This document shows, piece after piece, positions 47,895-57,837 of a stretch of DNA of 64,000 bases (within the stretch, counting starts at the first letter, position 1; each line of letters opens with the position of its first letter). The notes beneath the pieces were generated by a model. It was not told where the DNA came from. It saw only the letters and a list, made by a program, of their open reading frames with translations, and ran no database searches. Origin of the DNA: Acidobacteriota bacterium. GTDB taxonomy: Bacteria > Acidobacteriota > UBA6911 > RPQK01 > JAJDTT01. The stretch lies in NCBI GenBank assembly GCA_965263035.1, contig OZ253580.1, forward strand, positions 4,974,168-5,038,167. Reading direction: 5' to 3'. A program made the translations under genes and the position numbers.

Positions 47895-48083
47895 GTGATG
47901 GCTGGACCCAAGGTCGAAGCGATTTATCAGTTGAATCCGAATCACGTGGACTGGCTCAAGCAGATGGCCGACAAGTACGATCTGGGAGATCAGGACAAGG
48001 CTCTGCGGGTGGTCATCGACTATGTGTTGACCGAGGCCGACGAGTCGACGGTCTTCGAAGACATCCGCTGTCTCTACTGTTAG
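47895..48083 (+). CDS. small hypothetical protein (62 aa) ending in C-x-x-C
   Basis: AGGAGG lies 6-9 nt upstream of the GTG/ATG start. The sequence is ..LNPNHVDWLKQMADKYDLGDQDKALRVVIDYVL...FEDIRCLYC. Confidence 0.5.
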   Translation: MMAGPKVEAIYQLNPNHVDWLKQMADKYDLGDQDKALRVVIDYVLTEADESTVFEDIRCLYC

Positions 48084-48154
48084 TCGTTGTCGGCCGGATC
48101 CGGAAGCTCTATTGTTCCGGCCCGGACTGAGCGGTCAGGCACGCCGCTCTTGAG

Positions 48155-49876
48155 TCATCTCTTCCGGGATTTCCGGATCTTGGCCCAAGCGTCCCGCAGG
48201 GTCACGGTGCGGTTGAAGACCAGACTGTCCGGGGACGAGTCCTCCGAATCCGCACAGAAGTAGCCCAACCGCTCGAACTGAACCCGTTGGCCGCCCTGGG
48301 CACACGCGAGGCTGGGCTCAATTTTGCAGTCATCAAGGACCTTTAGAGAGTCGGGATTGAGAGTCGAGATGAAGTCCGATCCGGCGCCGGCGTCGTTGGG
48401 GTTGTCCCTCGTGAACAGGCTGTCGTAGAGACGAACCTGGGCGCTTACGGCGTGGGCGGCGGAGACCCAGTGCAGGGTGGCCTTGACCCGGCGCCCGTCG
48501 GGTGCGTCTCCTCCCCGCGTGGCCGGGTCGTAGGTGCAGCGCAACTCCACGACTCGTCCCGCTTCGTCCTTGACGACTCCCACGCAGGTGATGAAGTAGG
48601 CGTATCGCAGGCGGACCTCCCGTCCCGGCGCGAGCCGGTAGAACCTGCGGGGCGGATCCTCCATGAAGTCCTCCCGCTCCAGGTAGAGGACCCGGGAGAA
48701 GGGGACCTTCCGGACGCCCGCCTCGGGACATTCGGGATTGTTGATGGCCGTCAACTCCTCCACCTGGTTCGGGGGATAGTTTTCGATGACCACCCTGAGT
48801 GGACGGAGCACCCCCATGACCCGGGGAGAAGTCTGGTTCAGGTGTTGGCGGAGGCTGTGCTCCAGCATCTGCGATTCCACCACGCTGTCCTTCTTGGAGA
48901 CCCCGACCCGGGTGCAGAAGTCCCGGATCGCTTCCGGCGTGTAACCCCGCCGGCGCAGCCCCGAAAGGGTCGGCATGCGGGGATCGTTCCAGCCGCTCAC
49001 GTACCCCTCCTTCACCAGCCGGGAGAGTCTCCGCTTACTCAAGATGGTCTTGGTGATATTGAGACGAGCGAACTCGATCTGTTGGGAGCGATAGATTCCC
49101 AGGTTCTCCAGGAACCAGTCGTACAGGGGACGATGATCTTCGAACTCCAGGGTGCAGATGGAATGAGTGACCTTCTCGATGGAGTCGGACTGGCCGTGGG
49201 CGAAGTCATAGGTGGGATAGATGCACCACCTGTCCCCGGTGCGCGGGTGGGAGGCGTGGAGGATCCGGTACATCACCGGGTCTCGAAGGTTCAGGTTGCC
49301 TGAGGCCATGTCGATGCGGGCCCGGAGGACATGGGCGCCGTTGGGGAACTCTCCCATTCTCATTCGTTCGAACAGGTCCAGGTTCTCTTCCACCGTCCGG
49401 TCCCGGTAGGGGCTGTTCCGGCCCGGTTCGGTGAGAGTGCCCCGGTATTCCCGGATCTGAGTGGCGCTGAGGCTGTCCACATATGCCTTTCCGGCTCGAA
49501 TGAGCTGAAGGGCGTATTCGTATAGCTGCTCGAAATAGTCCGAGGCGTGGTAGAGGCGGTCGTCCCAATCGAAGCCGAGCCAGCGCACGTCTTCGAGGAT
49601 GCTCACCATGTACTCCCGCTCCTCCTTGGTGGGATTGGTGTCGTCGAAGCGCATGTTGCAGAGACCGCCGTACTCTTCGGCCAATCCGAAGTCGAGACAG
49701 ATGGCCTTGGCGTGCCCGATGTGGAGGTATCCGTTGGGCTCGGGAGGGAATCGGGTTCGGACCCGGCCCTCAAAGCGCCCGGTCTTCAGGTCGTCCTCGA
49801 GGATGGCCCGGAGGAAGTCCAATGACCGGGGCGGCCGGGAATCCCCCGCCACTCTTGGGTCCGGCTTTTTCGCCAT
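48155..49876 (-). CDS. glnS: glutamine--tRNA ligase
   Basis: [24 protein letters not shown]...MRFDDTNP (HIGH region) with class I GlnRS architecture; 573 aa. Confidence 0.95.
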   Translation of the reverse strand: MAKKPDPRVAGDSRPPRSLDFLRAILEDDLKTGRFEGRVRTRFPPEPNGYLHIGHAKAICLDFGLAEEYGGLCNMRFDDTNPTKEEREYMVSILEDVRWLGFDWDDRLYHASDYFEQLYEYALQLIRAGKAYVDSLSATQIREYRGTLTEPGRNSPYRDRTVEENLDLFERMRMGEFPNGAHVLRARIDMASGNLNLRDPVMYRILHASHPRTGDRWCIYPTYDFAHGQSDSIEKVTHSICTLEFEDHRPLYDWFLENLGIYRSQQIEFARLNITKTILSKRRLSRLVKEGYVSGWNDPRMPTLSGLRRRGYTPEAIRDFCTRVGVSKKDSVVESQMLEHSLRQHLNQTSPRVMGVLRPLRVVIENYPPNQVEELTAINNPECPEAGVRKVPFSRVLYLEREDFMEDPPRRFYRLAPGREVRLRYAYFITCVGVVKDEAGRVVELRCTYDPATRGGDAPDGRRVKATLHWVSAAHAVSAQVRLYDSLFTRDNPNDAGAGSDFISTLNPDSLKVLDDCKIEPSLACAQGGQRVQFERLGYFCADSEDSSPDSLVFNRTVTLRDAWAKIRKSRKR

Positions 49877-50060
49877 GCGCCGATTCTAACCCGATTTGGC
49901 CGGCCCTGGGTAAACGACCGGTCCCAGAGCGTTCGGCGAGACCTTGTCCGTTCTGATGCGGTTCAATTCGTGTCGGGTGAAACACCCTCCCAACCGTTGT
50001 GACAATTGGGAGGCCGTCGATAACCGGTGGTCACACGGACTTGACGAGAGGAGGCGTGAG

Positions 50061-50144
50061 ATGGACTACAAGACGGAAGGTTGGGTGCATGGAACGGCGC
50101 TGTCGTGGGCCGTGTTCTTCGCGATCGTCAATATGAACAAGTAG
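50061..50144 (+). CDS. possible 27-aa hydrophobic small protein
   Basis: GAGGAGG lies 6 nt upstream of the ATG. MDYKTEGWVHGTALSWAVFFAIVNMNK has GC-rich third codon positions. The ORF ends 65 nt upstream of the gluconolactonase gene. Confidence 0.35.
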   Translation: MDYKTEGWVHGTALSWAVFFAIVNMNK

Positions 50145-50209
50145 ATCCTCGTTATCCGCCTGCTTCATCGTGGGGATGGAATGTGCCATCCTGAGGGTGG
50201 AGGTGCGTT

Positions 50210-51310
50210 ATGAAGACAGGCGGGAACGCAGAAACGACAGTGGAAAGATTCCGGACAGCGAGAACTTCTTCCCACCGATGGGGACGCCGCACGTTTCTGG
50301 CTGCCGCGGCCGCGTCGGTTCCCGTCCTGGGCAGGGAATACGGACCCTCGGCGCATCCGGTGCGCTATCCGGACCCCGACATCGTGGTGCTGGACCAACG
50401 CTTCGCCCGCTACAAGTTGGGCAATACGCCCATCCAGCGTCTTTACACCGGAACCCTCTGGGCGGAGGGACCCGCCTGGAGCGGAGTGGGGCGCTACCTG
50501 GTCTGGAGCGACATTCCCAACGACCGTCAACTTCGCTGGCTGGACGAGGACGGACACGTGAGCGTCTTCCGGTCCCCCTCGGGAAACAGCAACGGGAATA
50601 CGTTCGATTACCAGGGACGTCAGATCTCCTGCGAACATGGAACCCGGCGGGTTGTGCGCTACGAGCCGGACGGCACGGCCACGGTGCTGGCCGGCGAGTG
50701 GGAAGGGAAACCGCTCAACGCTCCCAACGACGCGGTGGTGCATCCGGACGACGGCGCCATCTGGTTCACCGATCCCGGATACGGGAGTCTCATGAACTAC
50801 GAGGGGCACAAGGGGACGCTCCACATCAAGGAAGCCGTCTACCGGATCGACGCCGCGAGCGGCCGGATGGACAAGGTGACCGACGAGATCTTCAAGCCAA
50901 ACGGGCTCTGCTTCTCTCCGGATTACAAGAAGCTCTACGTGGCCGACACCGGCGCCTCCCACTACCCGGAGGCTCCCAAGAACATCAAGGTCTGGGACGT
51001 GGTGGACGGAAAACGCTTGTCTGGCGGCCGCGAGTTCACCTCCATGGAGTTGAACGGAAAGGCGGGCTTCGCCGACGGAATCCGGGCGGACGTGGACGGC
51101 AACATCTGGGCCAGCGCCGGCTGGGTCGGAGATGGATACGATGGAGTCCACATCTTCGCTCCGGACGGGGAACGCATCGGGCAGATCCGCCTCCCCGAGA
51201 TCTGCGGCAACGTCTGCTTCGGCGGCCGGAAGCGCAACCGCCTCTTCATGACCGCCAGCCAGTCCCTCTACGCCGTTTACGTGGAGACCCAGGGCGCCCA
51301 CATCTCCTGA
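50210..51310 (+). CDS. SMP-30/gluconolactonase/LRE-family protein with Tat signal
   Basis: RRTFLAAAAASVPVLG, and ..AEGPAWSGVGRYLVWSDIPNDR..NGLCFSPD.. Confidence 0.85.
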   Translation: MKTGGNAETTVERFRTARTSSHRWGRRTFLAAAAASVPVLGREYGPSAHPVRYPDPDIVVLDQRFARYKLGNTPIQRLYTGTLWAEGPAWSGVGRYLVWSDIPNDRQLRWLDEDGHVSVFRSPSGNSNGNTFDYQGRQISCEHGTRRVVRYEPDGTATVLAGEWEGKPLNAPNDAVVHPDDGAIWFTDPGYGSLMNYEGHKGTLHIKEAVYRIDAASGRMDKVTDEIFKPNGLCFSPDYKKLYVADTGASHYPEAPKNIKVWDVVDGKRLSGGREFTSMELNGKAGFADGIRADVDGNIWASAGWVGDGYDGVHIFAPDGERIGQIRLPEICGNVCFGGRKRNRLFMTASQSLYAVYVETQGAHIS

Positions 51311-51323
51311 CTTCGGGGATTCC

Positions 51324-51977
51324 ATGCCGCCGGTCCGGGTCGACCGAGAGCCGCCATTCAAGCTCTCCATGACGGTGGACTTCTTCGGTGACGGGGGCAG
51401 GGGGCTCTACACGCCTCAAACCCTCGACCTGATGATGCGGGAGGCTCGCCGTCTGGGGGTCACCCGGGTGTATTGGCAGTACCTGGGAGACTTGGAACAG
51501 GACCGGTACGGCGCCGGAACCAACATGCTTCGCACCCCTTGGGCGAAGTACGGGCCCCTCACGCTGGCGGCGATCGGGGAGCCTTTGGAGGCCGCCGTGC
51601 GAGCGGCTCACCGCCGGGGTCTGGAAATCTTCGGCGTCCTGAAGCCCTATCACACCGGGATGTCGGCCACCTATCCCGAAGGCTCGCCGGATTCGGATCC
51701 CGCAACGCCGATGCGTCGGATCGGGGGAAGTCTCCAGTGCTTCAACCCGTTCATGGAAAGGTTCCCACACACTCGGATCCAACGCCGTCCCGTGAAGGGT
51801 CCGCCGAACCTGCGGGACGTTCCGATCCGCCGGATCCGGCTGATCAAGCGGGACGACTCCCCCACTCGAATCCGGGCACGGCATCTGGATATCTGGAGCA
51901 GTCCGGACAACTATCGGTACGGGTGCCGGCAGGTGGACTTCCAGCTTGAGGAGACGGTGGAACCATCCCTCCAGTAA
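51324..51977 (+). CDS. TIM-barrel-like hydrolase family protein, N-terminal part (ends at an in-frame TAA)
   Basis: Same reading frame as 52071..53192. The N-terminus resembles the N-terminus of the paralog at 61018..62257. Confidence 0.5.
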   Translation: MPPVRVDREPPFKLSMTVDFFGDGGRGLYTPQTLDLMMREARRLGVTRVYWQYLGDLEQDRYGAGTNMLRTPWAKYGPLTLAAIGEPLEAAVRAAHRRGLEIFGVLKPYHTGMSATYPEGSPDSDPATPMRRIGGSLQCFNPFMERFPHTRIQRRPVKGPPNLRDVPIRRIRLIKRDDSPTRIRARHLDIWSSPDNYRYGCRQVDFQLEETVEPSLQ

Positions 51978-52070
51978 AATCGAGATTATTATGGACAAAT
52001 AGTTACCAAAAAAGGAGATCCAGTCCGGGTTCTCAGCCTCATCGGTCTCGATCTCCGAGATCGCTATCTG

Positions 52071-53192
52071 GTGGTGGCCACCAATTTCAGAGGTGGATCC
52101 ACCGACTTCGAGAACACGGCTCTGGGCATGATCCAGGTCTTCGGTCCGGATCCCGAAGCCCTGCCCATTGTGCTGGCCACCCGGGACGCCACCTGGGTTC
52201 GGCCGCGAGACTTCCGGACTTACGGTCTGGAGTTCGACTCGGGTTACGGCACCCGTCTGCTTCATCTGGATGGGGTCTGGGGACCAGCGGCTGAAGGGTC
52301 GACGCCGAAAGAATCGCAGACCCGCTCCTGGCATGAACATCGGGCCGAGCTGGGTCGGGGGTCCGGGGGCGGTTTCATCGCTTTTGCCCGGGGTAAGAAC
52401 GAGTATCTTCCGGTAGCGCCGTGCGAGTTCTATCCCGAGGTGCAACGGCTCTGGAGGTGGCGGGTCAAACGGATGTTGGAGAAGGGGGTCGACGGCGTCG
52501 TGCTCCGCGTCTCGGCCCATGGGACCCTCACCGACGAGCCCTACGAATACGGTTTCAACCCTCCCGTGGTGGAGGCCTACAGGGAACGCCACGGAGTCGA
52601 CATCCGGCGGGAGGAATTCGATCCGGACCTGCTGGGCGCTCTGCGCGGCGAGGCTTACACCCGATTCGTCCGCCATGCCAGCGCCATGACCCGGAGAGCC
52701 GGGAAGCTCTTCCAGCTGCAGGTCCACACCGAGGCCTTCCGTCCCGATCCCGTCTTCGGTCAGCTCATGGGTTTTCCGGCCAACATCCAATTCGCCTGGC
52801 GGCAGTGGCTGGAAGAGGGGCTGGCCGACGCCGTGACCCTGAGGTCCAGTTGGTATGAGGCCGCCGAGGATCCGTTGGATGGATCTCCACCCTGGAGGAG
52901 CAGACTGAGCAACGTTCTGGCCGACCCGGTGGTGGGAGAGGTCCTGGAGGTGGCGAAAGACCTGGAGCTTCCCGTCTACTTGAACCGTTACGTGGCCCGG
53001 GCCGTCCCGATCCGGGAATACGCGGACGATCTGGAGCGGATCTGGCGAGACCGCCGATTCGCCGGCTTCGATCTGTACGAGTTCTTTCACTTGACCCGCG
53101 CCACGCCCGACGGCTCGCGACTGGTTCCCGTACAGGATCGGATGCGATACATCCGGCGGAAGGCCAGGGAACTGGGTCTGGCGGGGAATTGA
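52071..53192 (+). CDS. TIM-barrel-like hydrolase family protein, C-terminal part
   Basis: YGFNPPVVEAYRERHGVDIRREEF parallels YGYEAPALESYRRDHGIDPREQ of the paralog. No convincing start or Shine-Dalgarno is present; the frame is continuous with 51324..51977 apart from one TAA. Confidence 0.5.
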   Translation: MVATNFRGGSTDFENTALGMIQVFGPDPEALPIVLATRDATWVRPRDFRTYGLEFDSGYGTRLLHLDGVWGPAAEGSTPKESQTRSWHEHRAELGRGSGGGFIAFARGKNEYLPVAPCEFYPEVQRLWRWRVKRMLEKGVDGVVLRVSAHGTLTDEPYEYGFNPPVVEAYRERHGVDIRREEFDPDLLGALRGEAYTRFVRHASAMTRRAGKLFQLQVHTEAFRPDPVFGQLMGFPANIQFAWRQWLEEGLADAVTLRSSWYEAAEDPLDGSPPWRSRLSNVLADPVVGEVLEVAKDLELPVYLNRYVARAVPIREYADDLERIWRDRRFAGFDLYEFFHLTRATPDGSRLVPVQDRMRYIRRKARELGLAGN

Positions 53193-53217
53193 GGTTGCCG
53201 GAACGAAGCGCCCCGAC

Positions 53218-54096
53218 TCAAAGGGAGCGGACGTCCGCCGAGTCTCTCAGGCCGTCCCCGATGAAATTGACGGCCAGCACCGTCACGGCGATGGCGGCTC
53301 CGGGCGCCATCCAGAGCCAGGGCATCCCGGCCAGCACCGTGGGCGACTGGGCCTCGTTGAGCATTCCTCCCCAACTCGGCGTGGGAGGGGGGACTCCCAG
53401 GCCCAGAAAGCTGAGAGCCGCTTCCAGCAGGATGGCGTTGGCGAAGCCGAAGGTGGCGATCACGCTCAGTGGGCCCACGGTGTTGGGCAGGATGTGCCGC
53501 AGGATGACGCGCGCGTGGCCGTTGCCCAGGGAACGTGCCGCCATGATGAACTCCTTCTCCCGCAGCACCAGGACCTCTCCCCGGACGACTCTGCAGGTGC
53601 TGGACCAGCCCAGCAGCCCGATGACCAGGGTGACCGAGGTGAGGCTGGGCCCCAGGAGCGATACGAAGAGCATCACCATGAGCAGGACCGGGATGCTCAT
53701 CATGACTTCGGTGGCCCTCATGACGGCCTGATCGACGGCGCCACCTGAATATCCCGCCAGCGCACCCAGAAGCGAGCCGACCAGCGTGGAGAGGACGACT
53801 GCCAGGATTCCCACGGTCAGAGAGGTGCGGCTGCCATGGATCACCCGGCTCCAGACGTCCCGTCCGATCAGATCCGTCCCCAGCCAATGGACGGCGTCGG
53901 GCGCCTGGTTGAGACTTTCCAGTTCGATCTGGAAGGGGTCGTGCCGGCCCACCCAGGGAGCCAGGAGAGCGGCCAGGATGATGATTCCCAGGAAGACCGC
54001 GCCACCGCAGGCGAGCCGGTGGCGGAGAAATCGAGCCCAGGGTCCGGGACCCCGGCGGAGTTTCGCCGGTCTCTCTTCGTCTCGGGTCAGATCCAT
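53218..54096 (-). CDS. ABC transporter permease (DppC/OppC-like)
   Basis: HWLGTDLIGRDVWSRVIHGSRTSL...EFIMAARSLG. I place the start at M58 of the track ORF, overlapping the upstream permease gene. Confidence 0.9.
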   Translation of the reverse strand: MDLTRDEERPAKLRRGPGPWARFLRHRLACGGAVFLGIIILAALLAPWVGRHDPFQIELESLNQAPDAVHWLGTDLIGRDVWSRVIHGSRTSLTVGILAVVLSTLVGSLLGALAGYSGGAVDQAVMRATEVMMSIPVLLMVMLFVSLLGPSLTSVTLVIGLLGWSSTCRVVRGEVLVLREKEFIMAARSLGNGHARVILRHILPNTVGPLSVIATFGFANAILLEAALSFLGLGVPPPTPSWGGMLNEAQSPTVLAGMPWLWMAPGAAIAVTVLAVNFIGDGLRDSADVRSL

Positions 54097-55070
54097 GTTC
54101 TCTGCTTTCGGGTGAAGCGGACCCTGGGGTCGGCAATGGCGTAGGAAATATCCGCCAGCAGTGAGCTCAGAAGGACTCCGACTCCCACCACCAGGACCAC
54201 TCCCATGAGCATGGAGGGGTCGCGGTCCGCAGCCGCCCGAACGGCCATGAATCCCATTCCCGGCCAAGCGAAGACCTGTTCCGTGATCACCGCTCCCACC
54301 ACCACTTCCGGCAGCAGGAAGCCCAGGACGCTGATGATGGGGATGAGGGCGTTCCTCAGGACGTGACGCAGGAACACGACCCGCTGGGACAATCCCTTGC
54401 CCCGGGCCGTCGTCACGTGATCTTCCCGCAGGACCTCCAACAGGCTGCTCCGGGTGTGGCGCATCAGCAGGGCAGCGTTCCGCAGTCCCAGGACCGTTGC
54501 CGGGAGCACCAGGTGCCGGATCTGATCGGTCAGGTTGGGGATGGTGCCCAGGGTCGCCATGCCACCCGTCGGCAGCAGCCTCAGATGGACTCCGAACAGA
54601 TAGATGGCCAACAGTCCCAGGAAGAAGGTCGGGGTCGAGATCAGGAGCATGGTCAGGGAACTGAGGGCGTAGTCCAACCGCGAATGCTGCTTGAGCGCGG
54701 CCAGGGCGCCGCAGGGGATGCCGACGACGATGCCGAAGAACAGGGCCGCGCCCATGAGCTTCAGGCTGACCGGGAGCCGTGTCCGCAGCTCGTCACCCAC
54801 CGAACGGCGCGTCGCCACCGAGTAACCCAGATCCCCCTGGACCAGGCCGGTGAGCCATTTCACGTATTGGACGGGAATCGGTTGATCCAGTCCCAGCTCG
54901 CGGCGGCGCTCCTCGATCCACTCCGGCGATTGCTGGGCCAGGATGCTGGGATCGATCCGGGCCAGGATCGGGTCTCCCGGTGCCAGGGCCAACGCCGTAA
55001 AGGCGACGAAGGTGATGCCCAGCAGGACCGGGATCGCGATGAGCAGGCGGCGGAGCAGGTAACGGCCCAT
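54087..55070 (-). CDS. ABC transporter permease (DppB/OppB-like)
   Basis: MGRYLLRRLLIAIPVLLGITFVAF...PGDP is the typical N-terminus. Confidence 0.9.
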   Translation of the reverse strand: MGRYLLRRLLIAIPVLLGITFVAFTALALAPGDPILARIDPSILAQQSPEWIEERRRELGLDQPIPVQYVKWLTGLVQGDLGYSVATRRSVGDELRTRLPVSLKLMGAALFFGIVVGIPCGALAALKQHSRLDYALSSLTMLLISTPTFFLGLLAIYLFGVHLRLLPTGGMATLGTIPNLTDQIRHLVLPATVLGLRNAALLMRHTRSSLLEVLREDHVTTARGKGLSQRVVFLRHVLRNALIPIISVLGFLLPEVVVGAVITEQVFAWPGMGFMAVRAAADRDPSMLMGVVLVVGVGVLLSSLLADISYAIADPRVRFTRKQRTWI

Positions 55071-55085
55071 GGAGCGCCTTCCGGG

Positions 55086-56705
55086 CTAGGGATTGAGGGT
55101 CCAAGTCTCGATGTTGCCGAATGTCCGGCGTGCGTCCTGATGCAGTTCAAACCCGCCTCCCAGCCGCTGGTGACGCGCGTGGACCTCGTCGGGCGCCCAG
55201 AGGGGCAGGAGTGGCAGGTCCCGGTTCAGCAGGCGGGCGGCCTGGAAGTAGAGGTCCCGCCGCCGTTCCGGGTCCACGGTGGCCGTCGCTTCCGCAAAAT
55301 AGCGATCCAGATCGCAATTGGTATAGCCATACTGCCAGTCGGGCCGCCGGCAGTTGAAGTAGGTGGAGGTCACGTGAGGCCCGAGACCGTAGGCTCCGCC
55401 ATGGCTCCCCGACATCTCGTAGGTGTCCCGCTGCTCATAGCGGCGGGCGATGAACGCCGTCGACTCCATGGCCTCCAACTGCACCCTCAGTCCCAAGGCT
55501 CTCAACTGTTGTCCGATGATGGGGTAGATCTGGGCCGCGCTGGGATAAGTCTGGTCGTAGATGAGGCGCAGCGGAGTCGCCGGGTCGAAGCCCGATGCCT
55601 TCAGCAGCCTCTTGGCCCTTTCCAGGTCATGCCCGTAGGAGTCCAGCCTCGCGTCCGGATCCATGCCGAGCGGGATCCCCTCCATGGCCTCGGCACGGCC
55701 GCGGAAGAGGGTCCGGGCGACGGCCTTCCGATCGATGGCGCAGTAGATGGCTTGGCGCAGGCGCCGGTCCTGAACCACGGGGCGGTCCAGGGCAAACCCC
55801 ACCGAGATCATGCCGATGCCGGGACGGGTCGTCGTCTCCAGATGGGACAGGGCCGCCAATCGGTCATAGTCCAGTAGTTGAAGCCGCATTCCCAGGTCCA
55901 GTTCACCGCTCTCCAGTTGCGCCACCGTCACCTCGGGCCGGAGACGTTTCATGTAGACCCTGCGAATCAAGGGGGCGCCCCGGAAGTAGTCCGGGTTCGA
56001 CTCCAACTCCACGTAGAGGTCCGTCAAGTATTTCACGAAGCGAAAGGGACCGGTTCCCACGGGACGAGTGGTGGTGAAAGGCGCCGACTGCACGGCGTCG
56101 GGCTCGACTCCGGCCAGGAGGTGAGACGGTATGATCACCATGGACGGCTCGGCGAGTTTCTGCAGGAACGTGACGTCGGTTCCCCCAAGCGTGATTCGAA
56201 CCGTGAAGTCGTCGATCGCCTCCAGGCCCTCGAGCCTGTCGGAGCTTCCCTCCTCATAGGCTTCCGCTCCGGCGATTTCGCCGGCGTACTTGACGTAACG
56301 GTAGGGCTCCAGGAGCTGGCGGCTGAAGCTGAACTCCACGTCCCGGGCGGTAAAGGGTTCGCCGTCGTGCCAGCGGACGTCCCGACGCAAACGGAACGTG
56401 AAGACGCGGGCGTCGGGGGAGACCTCCCAACTCTCGGCCAAGTCGGGAAGTATGGTGGTCAGGTCCGGACCCAGACGGACCAGCTTGTTGAAGAGGAGGA
56501 AAAACATCACCGCCTGGCTGAAGGTCTCGTATCCGGACGGATGCCACATGGGCGTCAGATCTCCCTGCCACGCGAAACGGAGGCTCTCGGATCGGTCGGT
56601 GTCGCCGGCGGGATCGACTCCGGCGTCGGTGGCGGGGGCGCACGACGAGGTCCACCCCAACAGAAAGATCAGCTTGGCGAGCAGGACACGGCGGTTACGA
56701 ATCAT
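55086..56705 (-). CDS. ABC transporter substrate-binding lipoprotein (family 5, peptide/nickel type)
   Basis: Lipobox LLGWTSSC; 539 aa with a family-5 SBP layout. Confidence 0.85.
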   Translation of the reverse strand: MIRNRRVLLAKLIFLLGWTSSCAPATDAGVDPAGDTDRSESLRFAWQGDLTPMWHPSGYETFSQAVMFFLLFNKLVRLGPDLTTILPDLAESWEVSPDARVFTFRLRRDVRWHDGEPFTARDVEFSFSRQLLEPYRYVKYAGEIAGAEAYEEGSSDRLEGLEAIDDFTVRITLGGTDVTFLQKLAEPSMVIIPSHLLAGVEPDAVQSAPFTTTRPVGTGPFRFVKYLTDLYVELESNPDYFRGAPLIRRVYMKRLRPEVTVAQLESGELDLGMRLQLLDYDRLAALSHLETTTRPGIGMISVGFALDRPVVQDRRLRQAIYCAIDRKAVARTLFRGRAEAMEGIPLGMDPDARLDSYGHDLERAKRLLKASGFDPATPLRLIYDQTYPSAAQIYPIIGQQLRALGLRVQLEAMESTAFIARRYEQRDTYEMSGSHGGAYGLGPHVTSTYFNCRRPDWQYGYTNCDLDRYFAEATATVDPERRRDLYFQAARLLNRDLPLLPLWAPDEVHARHQRLGGGFELHQDARRTFGNIETWTLNP

Positions 56706-57837
56706 CGGGGCGTGGAGAACCGTCTCCTGCGGTCGTGCTGTAGAAGGTGGACCCGTCGGGATTCTGCCATTGGAACGGGGGCCTCATCTCCCGATCCTCC
56801 AACGGCAGCCGGACCTTGACGTTGCCTCTGCGGGAGGAGTCGTGGGTCGCCAGGATCAGTTCCAGGGCATTGCGGGCCGTGGTTCCGTTGGAGAGGGGCT
56901 CGCCGCCTTGTTCCACCGCCGCCAGCAGGTCTTCCAGCAGGTAAACCATGGGCGCGGTGTGGCGCATCATCTGGGGGAAAGGGTGCTCCAGGAGCTCCCG
57001 GAACACGCTCCCGGGATTGGTCTTCCAGAGCCGAACCGCGGTGGTTTCGATGCTGAGCACGCCCCGGGTCCCGTTGACCTCGACCCGGTAGCCGGCGTGA
57101 CTGTCCCGGCCGTTGAAGAAGGCGCGGATCCCGTTCGGGTAGACGGCATAGGTGGTGCCGCCGAGATCCTGGCCCCGCTGGGTGGGAATGGCGACCATGG
57201 ATGCTTCCGGGTCCTCGGAGTGCCCCACGATCCAGGAAGGGGGAGAGTCACCGGCCAGGTAGTTCACCAGATCGAACCAGTGGGTTCCGGAGAGGAAGAG
57301 GCGTCCGGGCCAGGTGGCGACGATGCTGAGGACCTCTCCGATGCCCCCCTCATCCAAGAGCCGCCGTGTGCGCAGGATCAGGGGATCGCCTCTGCGGGTG
57401 TGGTTGACGGCCAGGCGAGTGCCGCTCTCGCGGCAAGACGCGATCATCCGGTCGGCCAGCGCCAGATTCGTGGTGAAAGGCTTCTCGCAGAAAATGCCCT
57501 GGACTCCGCTCCGGGCGCAGTCTTCGACCTGGGAGGCGTGGAAATCGGGGGGACTGGCGATGGCGACGATCTCGGGCCGCTCGGCTTCGAGCATCTCGCG
57601 GTGGTCCGAATAGAGGGCGTCGACTCCCCATCGTTTCCCGAAGTCCTCCAGCCGACCCCGGTCCGGGTCCGCCCCCGCCACCAGCCGGGTCCGAGGATGG
57701 GTCTTCAGGATTTCCGCATGTCCGTAGGGAAGCAGGATTCGGCCCGTCGCGTCCTGGAGCTCGTCCATGCAGTAGCTGCCCATGGAGCCGCAACCGATGA
57801 GGGCGGCGCGATAGATTTTGCCGGGGTCGTACACCAT
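56695..57837 (-). CDS. Gfo/Idh/MocA-family oxidoreductase
   Basis: The N-terminal Rossmann segment is YRAALIGCGSMGS; 380 aa. It overlaps the SBP gene start. Confidence 0.85.
   Translation of the reverse strand: MVYDPGKIYRAALIGCGSMGSYCMDELQDATGRILLPYGHAEILKTHPRTRLVAGADPDRGRLEDFGKRWGVDALYSDHREMLEAERPEIVAIASPPDFHASQVEDCARSGVQGIFCEKPFTTNLALADRMIASCRESGTRLAVNHTRRGDPLILRTRRLLDEGGIGEVLSIVATWPGRLFLSGTHWFDLVNYLAGDSPPSWIVGHSEDPEASMVAIPTQRGQDLGGTTYAVYPNGIRAFFNGRDSHAGYRVEVNGTRGVLSIETTAVRLWKTNPGSVFRELLEHPFPQMMRHTAPMVYLLEDLLAAVEQGGEPLSNGTTARNALELILATHDSSRRGNVKVRLPLEDREMRPPFQWQNPDGSTFYSTTAGDGSPRPDDS

Noticed and set aside
51975-51977. Selenocysteine, pyrrolysine or other recoding at the in-frame stop.
   Set aside because: The codon is TAA, not TGA or TAG, and it is followed by A, a strong termination context. 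No SECIS-like hairpin is evident.
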